Assembly: GCA_944324655.1 (NCBI GenBank)
Contig: CALUXF010000007.1
Coordinates: forward strand, 880-64,879
DNA: 64,000 nt
Direction: 5' to 3'
Origin: Candidatus Avelusimicrobium aviculae
Lineage (GTDB): Bacteria > Elusimicrobiota > Elusimicrobia > Elusimicrobiales > Elusimicrobiaceae
The notes below the pieces were generated by a model. The model searched no databases. It was not told where the DNA came from and was given only the letters and a program-made list of their open reading frames with translations. Numbering within the stretch: position 1 is the first letter of the stretch; each line of letters opens with the position of its first letter. Made by a program: the position numbers and the translations under genes. This document shows positions 58,717 to 64,000 of the stretch, piece after piece.

Positions 58717-60567
58717 ATGAAAAACAAAATATTAATTTACTTAGCCGTTTTTATTATTCTTTTATTATGCGCGGGGGTGTTGGCGTTGGTGTCTTCGTCT
58801 TCTTCCAACCGCCAAAAACAACCGATGTATATGGGTTCATCTTCCGCCGTAACAGACCCGGCCTCTCCCGCTCATTTTCAACGTACGCTGGCGGATTTAA
58901 AAGACCAGGAATTATTGGGCTTGCCCTCCCCTCAATCTTTACCGCCGGCCGGGCCTGGCGGTATTACCGCCAGCGGGCGCGCACCCTTGCTGGAGGCCGG
59001 TTTACCCGCAGGCGGAAAGGAAAGTTTTTCTCCGCTTTCCGCTTATGCGCCGGCGCGCGGGCCCAAGCAAGAGACCCGTTTAAAAGGACGGCTGCCGGGC
59101 GGATCTGCTTCCGCTTCTACGGCTGGGAAAGGGGGGGCTTCTTCTGCCATGGAAGTCAGCTCAGGCGGCGCGGTTCAGGGCGTCGCGGATTTGCGCGATA
59201 GCGACTCTTATAAAAAAGCCAATGAAACGCTTTTGTCTTATTTAGCCCCTAAGGACCGCCAAAAACAAGAAGCGCTTATGCGGGAAATGGATACTTTAAG
59301 CAATAATTTAAGTAACGCCCTGGCGCGCGCCATGGCCCCTAAATCCAAACGCCAGGCCATGGTGGAAAAATATACCCGCCGTTCCGGGCCGGAGGCTTTA
59401 AAAGGGAACGATAATCCGTTTGCGGACGTAGTAAGCCAAATTGCTTCCCAAAAATCTTCCGTGGTGCAAAGCATGACGGATAACTTTGGCGCCGCGGCCG
59501 GGCAGCAGGCGGGTAAAATTATGGACAGCTTTCAAAAAGAAGCTTCCGCCGTGGCTAACCGTACGGATTTAACCCAACAGCAAAAAGGCGATGAAATACG
59601 CAAATTAAACAATAAATACCAACGCCAGTTAAACGAGTTGACGCGTGCCGGCTCCTTGCAAAAAATGGAAGCGGAACAACGCCAGGAAAATGAAGACTAT
59701 TTGGCTTTGCTTCGCAGCAATTTTAACCCGGAAACGGAATCCGCCGCCCGTGAAATATTGGATAATTTCACCACGCAAAAAATGCAGCTTATCCAGCAAG
59801 GGCTGCCCGCGGCGGATTTTCAGGAAAAATATTTGAAACTCAAACAAGAGGCTGATGACAAAGTAAAAGAAGCCGTCTTTAAAGCCAATCCCACCCGTAT
59901 GGATACGGCGGAAGTGTTGGAAAACATCAACCGCCAAACCGCCAAAGCGCAAATGGAGCGTGACAAAGCCGCCGTGGAGGCCGGCTTAAAGCAGGACCAA
60001 ACCGTCTATGTTTCTGAAGATGTAAAACAAAAATACCGCGATAATTTTGCCGCTCAGCGAGCCAAAGATGTAAAAGCAGTGGCACAGGCTTACGGCCCGG
60101 AAGTGGCGGCCCAGTTTGAGCAAATTGATATGGCGTACGAAAAAGAAGTGCTGGAAAATTTTGATTCCCAGGAAGGGCGTTTGTCCGTAAACGAAAAGAA
60201 CCAAGCCGCTGTGGAAAAGCGCAACCAAGCGGTGCAGGCTTTGCTGGAAAAAGCCCAAAATGACCCGGCTTTTAAACAAAAGCAAGCCGCGCAAATGGAA
60301 ACGGAAATAAAGAAACAAAACGAGCAAACCCTTTCCCAAATCATGCAAAGCGAAGAAATGCGCCAATGGCCTTCTTCCGCAAAGAAAGAGTATGAAAAAC
60401 AGGCCCGCGCCATTTTGGACGATATGGCCAAACAGCTTGCCCAGGCGGCTGTTAACGCCAAAGACCAAAAATCGTACGAGCAGGACGCCCAGCGCATTCA
60501 GCAGGCGGCCCAACAAAAGCTGCAAAATATCCAGGTGTCTGTGCCTCAGCCCCAGCCGGCGCAGTAA
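58717..60567 (+). CDS. Hypothetical membrane-anchored helical-repeat protein
   Basis: N-terminal TM helix, S/G/P-rich linker, Q/E/K/A-rich repeats similar to those of the upstream lipoprotein. Confidence 0.75.
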   Translation: MKNKILIYLAVFIILLLCAGVLALVSSSSSNRQKQPMYMGSSSAVTDPASPAHFQRTLADLKDQELLGLPSPQSLPPAGPGGITASGRAPLLEAGLPAGGKESFSPLSAYAPARGPKQETRLKGRLPGGSASASTAGKGGASSAMEVSSGGAVQGVADLRDSDSYKKANETLLSYLAPKDRQKQEALMREMDTLSNNLSNALARAMAPKSKRQAMVEKYTRRSGPEALKGNDNPFADVVSQIASQKSSVVQSMTDNFGAAAGQQAGKIMDSFQKEASAVANRTDLTQQQKGDEIRKLNNKYQRQLNELTRAGSLQKMEAEQRQENEDYLALLRSNFNPETESAAREILDNFTTQKMQLIQQGLPAADFQEKYLKLKQEADDKVKEAVFKANPTRMDTAEVLENINRQTAKAQMERDKAAVEAGLKQDQTVYVSEDVKQKYRDNFAAQRAKDVKAVAQAYGPEVAAQFEQIDMAYEKEVLENFDSQEGRLSVNEKNQAAVEKRNQAVQALLEKAQNDPAFKQKQAAQMETEIKKQNEQTLSQIMQSEEMRQWPSSAKKEYEKQARAILDDMAKQLAQAAVNAKDQKSYEQDAQRIQQAAQQKLQNIQVSVPQPQPAQ

Positions 60568-60881
60568 ACAATATCCAAGTTATTTCAAAACCCCGCTTTT
60601 TGCGGGGTTTTTTATAGGGATAACTAAATACCCCTAAACTATTTCCTGTATACATAGCGGCGCAAAGCTTAACCCAGCAACCCGCCCCGCCTGTTTCAGA
60701 GGGGGATTTTAGGTTCCGGGTGTCTTTATTTCTTTTGCAATAAGACAAATGTTTAACGCCGTGTTTATGAGTGAGAAAATTTCTCCCTGTTTTATGGACA
60801 GGGTATTTGACTTGGTAGAGTAAAATAAAGAAGGTCTGTTGTAAAACAGACCCTAAAAAATACCGGCTTGCCGCGGCGGGG

Positions 60882-62981
60882 TTATTTATCTTTATTTAAT
60901 TTTGCCTGCGGGAAATAGTGGTACAAAATGGTTTTGTAATCCTGCCCGGCTTCGGCCCGGCCGGCGGCGCCCGTTTGGCAAAATCCCACGCCGTGTCCCC
61001 ATCCTCCGCCGTAGAAAACAAAGTTTTTCAGTTTTTTATTTTCGTAATTGGGCTGTACGATAAAATAACTGCTTCTAAGCATGCCGGGCCCCAAATTGCC
61101 GCGGATGACGTTTTCTTTATTTAAAATAACGCTGCCTTTCGTGCCTTTTACCTGTACCCGGTTTACATAGCCGGAGCGCCCTCGGCGAAGCGGAATAATG
61201 GCGGTAATGGAGCCTATGTCTTTGCGGCGTTTGCGGCGGATGACTTGGCGCAGGTCTTCCTCTTCCACCACGCGGGTCCAGCGGTAAGCGGCCAGGCTTA
61301 CGTTCTTATCATAGCGGCTGTAAGCGTCGTGCGCGTGTTGGAGAAGGTCTTTAAAATGATAGGGCTGTAAATGCTCAAAATCAAAATCTTTATAGTCAGA
61401 CACCGGGTGTAAATACACGTGTTCAAACCAGCCCGCTTCTTTAGCGCTTTGGGTAATGCCGCCGCAATTGGCTGAAAACACGGCTTCTATCGGTTTTTTA
61501 TTGTAGACCATAATTTCGCCCATGGTGGATTCTACCGACGCGTTTCCCCGCTCGCTTTCCGCGCTGACGCCTTTATAAACCTGGCAGTTTTGCGTGTCGC
61601 ATAAATCATAACCGTAAGCGTTGTGCTTGCCCATGTGTTTTAAAGCGTATGTGCGCGCCAGCACCGCCTGCGCGCGCAGCGCGTTAATGGGAAAAGGAAT
61701 AGGCATTTCAGAAGAAATCACGCCTTCCAGGTATTCTTCCAACATCAGCACGTTGACGGGCACCAACGCGTTTAAAGACGTATTATGCAGTATTTCCAAA
61801 TCGCCGCGGTATTCTTTGTCGTCCACGCTGGCCCACGTCATGCCGGCACCGCTCATCAACGCGCGCACGATAATGGTGGGGGCGTCTTCGCCGGAGGGAA
61901 CGTCCACCGTGACGCGTACTCCTTTTTTAAAAGGGTATTTTTTGCCGGAAGGGGAAAGCAAAAAGGGTTTTCCGTCTTTTAATTCAGCGGTCCATTCTTC
62001 CTTGGCTTTTCCGCGAAGCAGCTTTTTCCCGCCGGCTAATTCTTTTACCGTAAAATCATGTGAGGGAGAGAATTTAACCGTTTTGCGCGCGCTTGGGCGG
62101 CCGCTGGAACGGGTTCCCAAACCGATGCGTATTTCCTGCGCGTCTTGCGGGGGAACAATGAATTTTTTTATGAACGTGTGCTGGGTTAATTCTTTGGTGG
62201 GGGTTAATTCTTTTTCTGATTTTGTCAGCCGCGGGCGCAAATCCGCCATGGCTTTGTTAACGGAGGGCAAGTTCTTTTCTAAAGAATAAATCATGCGGTA
62301 TTGGCGGTAAGCCTCGTTATAATCCCCCAGCTTGGCCAGTGCGGCGGCGTAATGTTCTTTTGCTTCCAAGGCTTGATGGTCGTACGTAGACGCTTTTTTA
62401 AAATGCTGGGCCGCCTTCTGATAGTTTTTTTCTTTCTCATACAACAGCCCCAATAAGTAGTTGGATAAAGCCCGGTGGTTTTTGCCTTTGGCGGCGGTTT
62501 GCAGGTTGTAGAGGGCCAGTTTGTCTTCCCCCATGCCCATTTGGGCGCGCGCCAGATTAATATATAAAAATTCTGCCCTCCCTGGTTTGCTTACCAGCAA
62601 AGACAACAGCATCTCCGCCGCGGAGTATTGCCCGTCAGCCAGGTAAGCTTCCGCCATAAACTCGGTAATGGTTTCATCGTTGGGATAATATTTATGGGCG
62701 GCGCTCATAATGTCTACCGCCTGTTTGGGACTGCCCAGCTCCATAGCGATAAAAGCGGCGTTTAAAAAAGCGTCTTTATCATGAGTTTGTTTGGATATTT
62801 CCAAATATTTTTCCAAGCTTTCTTTAGGTTTATAAGAAAAATATAAATCCGCCGCCTCTTTTAGCTGGGTTTGTGCGTCATTATTTTCAGTATCTGCCGG
62901 GGCGGCGTGCGTTGCGGCGGCAAACAGCAAAAAACTGGCTGTAAACACGCAAAAAGTTTTTATTTTATAGCCTAATCCCAT
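60882..62981 (-). CDS. TPR plus SpoIID/LytB domain protein (peptidoglycan hydrolase-like)
   Basis: Signal peptide, TPRs, LEEYLEGVISSEM...ALRAQAVLARTY, LCDTQNCQVY, GWGHGVG; start moved to ATG 62981. Confidence 0.9.
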   Translation of the reverse strand: MGLGYKIKTFCVFTASFLLFAAATHAAPADTENNDAQTQLKEAADLYFSYKPKESLEKYLEISKQTHDKDAFLNAAFIAMELGSPKQAVDIMSAAHKYYPNDETITEFMAEAYLADGQYSAAEMLLSLLVSKPGRAEFLYINLARAQMGMGEDKLALYNLQTAAKGKNHRALSNYLLGLLYEKEKNYQKAAQHFKKASTYDHQALEAKEHYAAALAKLGDYNEAYRQYRMIYSLEKNLPSVNKAMADLRPRLTKSEKELTPTKELTQHTFIKKFIVPPQDAQEIRIGLGTRSSGRPSARKTVKFSPSHDFTVKELAGGKKLLRGKAKEEWTAELKDGKPFLLSPSGKKYPFKKGVRVTVDVPSGEDAPTIIVRALMSGAGMTWASVDDKEYRGDLEILHNTSLNALVPVNVLMLEEYLEGVISSEMPIPFPINALRAQAVLARTYALKHMGKHNAYGYDLCDTQNCQVYKGVSAESERGNASVESTMGEIMVYNKKPIEAVFSANCGGITQSAKEAGWFEHVYLHPVSDYKDFDFEHLQPYHFKDLLQHAHDAYSRYDKNVSLAAYRWTRVVEEEDLRQVIRRKRRKDIGSITAIIPLRRGRSGYVNRVQVKGTKGSVILNKENVIRGNLGPGMLRSSYFIVQPNYENKKLKNFVFYGGGWGHGVGFCQTGAAGRAEAGQDYKTILYHYFPQAKLNKDK

Positions 62982-63044
62982 ATTCGCCCCGTGAATGAAA
63001 TTTTGTAAGATATAACGTATATTATTTTTATATTTTACAAAACT

Positions 63045-63938
63045 ATGACGCAACAACTACCACAATGGCTTAAAGATTTAGTAGGCAAAAATAAAGCCGC
63101 CTTACGTACGCAGGCGGCATTAAACGCGCAGCATGAACTGGATAAATGCGCCCTGCATACGGTATGCGTAGAAGCAAAATGCCCCAACCGCGGGGAATGT
63201 TTTAACTGCGGGGACGCCACCTTTATGATTTTGGGCGACACCTGCACCCGCAACTGCCGTTTTTGCGCCGTGCGTAAGGGGTGTCCTTCTCCGGTGGACG
63301 AAGGGGAAGCCCTGCGCGTTGCCCAAACGGTAAAAGACTGGAATTTGCGCTATGTGGTGCTTACCTCACCCACCCGGGACGATTTGCCGGACGGAGGCGC
63401 CGGGCATTTTGCGGCTGTCATGTGCCGGATTACCCAAATAAATCCCTCCGTTCTTTGCGAACCGCTTATCCCGGATTTAAAAGCCAACCCGGCGGACATC
63501 CAAACCGTTTTGGACGCGAACCCCGCCGTTTTGGCGCATAATATAGAAACGGTGGAGGAACTTTCCAAACAAATACGCGGGGGGGCGGAATACCGCCGTT
63601 CTTTAACCGTGTTGGAAACCTCCAAAAAATTGGCGCCGCACGTGCTGACCAAAAGCGGCATTATGGTAGGGTTAGGTGAAACTGACCAGCAAATAAAAAA
63701 CGCTTTGCGGGATTTGCGTTTGGCCGGTGTGGATTTATTAACCATAGGGCAGTATTTAAGCCCGTCCTCCGCCCATCACCCGGTGGAAAGATATCCCCTG
63801 CCGCAGGAATATCAGGAATGGGAAAAATACGCCCTGTCTATTGGTTTTAAGGGGGCAGCCTGCGGCCCGTTGGTGCGCAGCAGCTACCGGGCGGGGGCAT
63901 TGTACCGCCGCGCGGTGGGCAGTTTACAGGCTAAATAG
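63045..63938 (+). CDS. lipA: Lipoyl synthase
   Basis: TVCVEAKCPNRGEC, CTRNCRFC, RSSY. Confidence 0.96.
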   Translation: MTQQLPQWLKDLVGKNKAALRTQAALNAQHELDKCALHTVCVEAKCPNRGECFNCGDATFMILGDTCTRNCRFCAVRKGCPSPVDEGEALRVAQTVKDWNLRYVVLTSPTRDDLPDGGAGHFAAVMCRITQINPSVLCEPLIPDLKANPADIQTVLDANPAVLAHNIETVEELSKQIRGGAEYRRSLTVLETSKKLAPHVLTKSGIMVGLGETDQQIKNALRDLRLAGVDLLTIGQYLSPSSAHHPVERYPLPQEYQEWEKYALSIGFKGAACGPLVRSSYRAGALYRRAVGSLQAK

Positions 63939-63952
63939 TATATAATATACAT

Positions 63953-64000
63953 ATGAAAAGATTTTTAATAATGTTTTTTTCCTTGGGGTTAACGGCCGCC
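63953..64000 (+). CDS. Start of a secreted protein, partial at the window end
   Basis: ATG 63953 MKRFLIMFFSLGLTAA, signal-peptide-like; TATAAT just upstream. Confidence 0.5.
   Translation, partial: MKRFLIMFFSLGLTAA

Noticed and set aside
60785-60852. LexA-like CTGT...ACAG boxes
   Set aside because: Spacers are 7 and 6 nt rather than 8, and the site lies between convergent genes.

Overview
Chromosomal window of a bacterium that looks like a gut Elusimicrobiota member (Elusimicrobium/Avelusimicrobium-like). This is inferred from the MNKKGFTLIELL...ALPQYTKAVEKSR pilin type and the gene content; no database search was run. The backbone is the conserved minus-strand run rpsB-tsf-pyrH-frr-uppS-cdsA-dxr-rseP-ispG-proS-rimP-nusA-infB-rbfA-nrnA-truB-ribF, plus typA, nadE, yceD-rpmF-plsX-fabG-acpP-rnc, asnS, hisS-aspS, lipA and two tRNAs (CAT anticodon; Ala-CGC). 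Five accessory blocks interrupt the run, with no integrase or transposase in sight: (1) a tandem type IV pilin pair whose first copy is 5'-truncated and mosaic, plus DUF190; (2) a TetR-SMR-SMR/GNAT/outer-membrane protein block; (3) an AT-rich DpnA-like methylase plus PD-(D/E)XK nuclease joined to ispG and proS by ATGA overlaps; (4) AlkD-like plus GNAT; (5) a 10-gene CDP-3,6-dideoxyhexose, aldolase, sugar-cyclase, ThDP-enzyme and GtrAB cluster. The best leads are: a 107-bp tandem array behind tRNA-Ala whose units resemble anticodon-less, CCA-ended tRNA-Ala; a silent/expressed pilin pair with a gene-conversion-like pattern; the rare-sugar GtrAB pathway; strong GATC avoidance alongside the restriction-modification (R-M) cassette; and two adjacent envelope proteins that share an unrecognised helical repeat. 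No CRISPR array, rRNA or IS element was seen.
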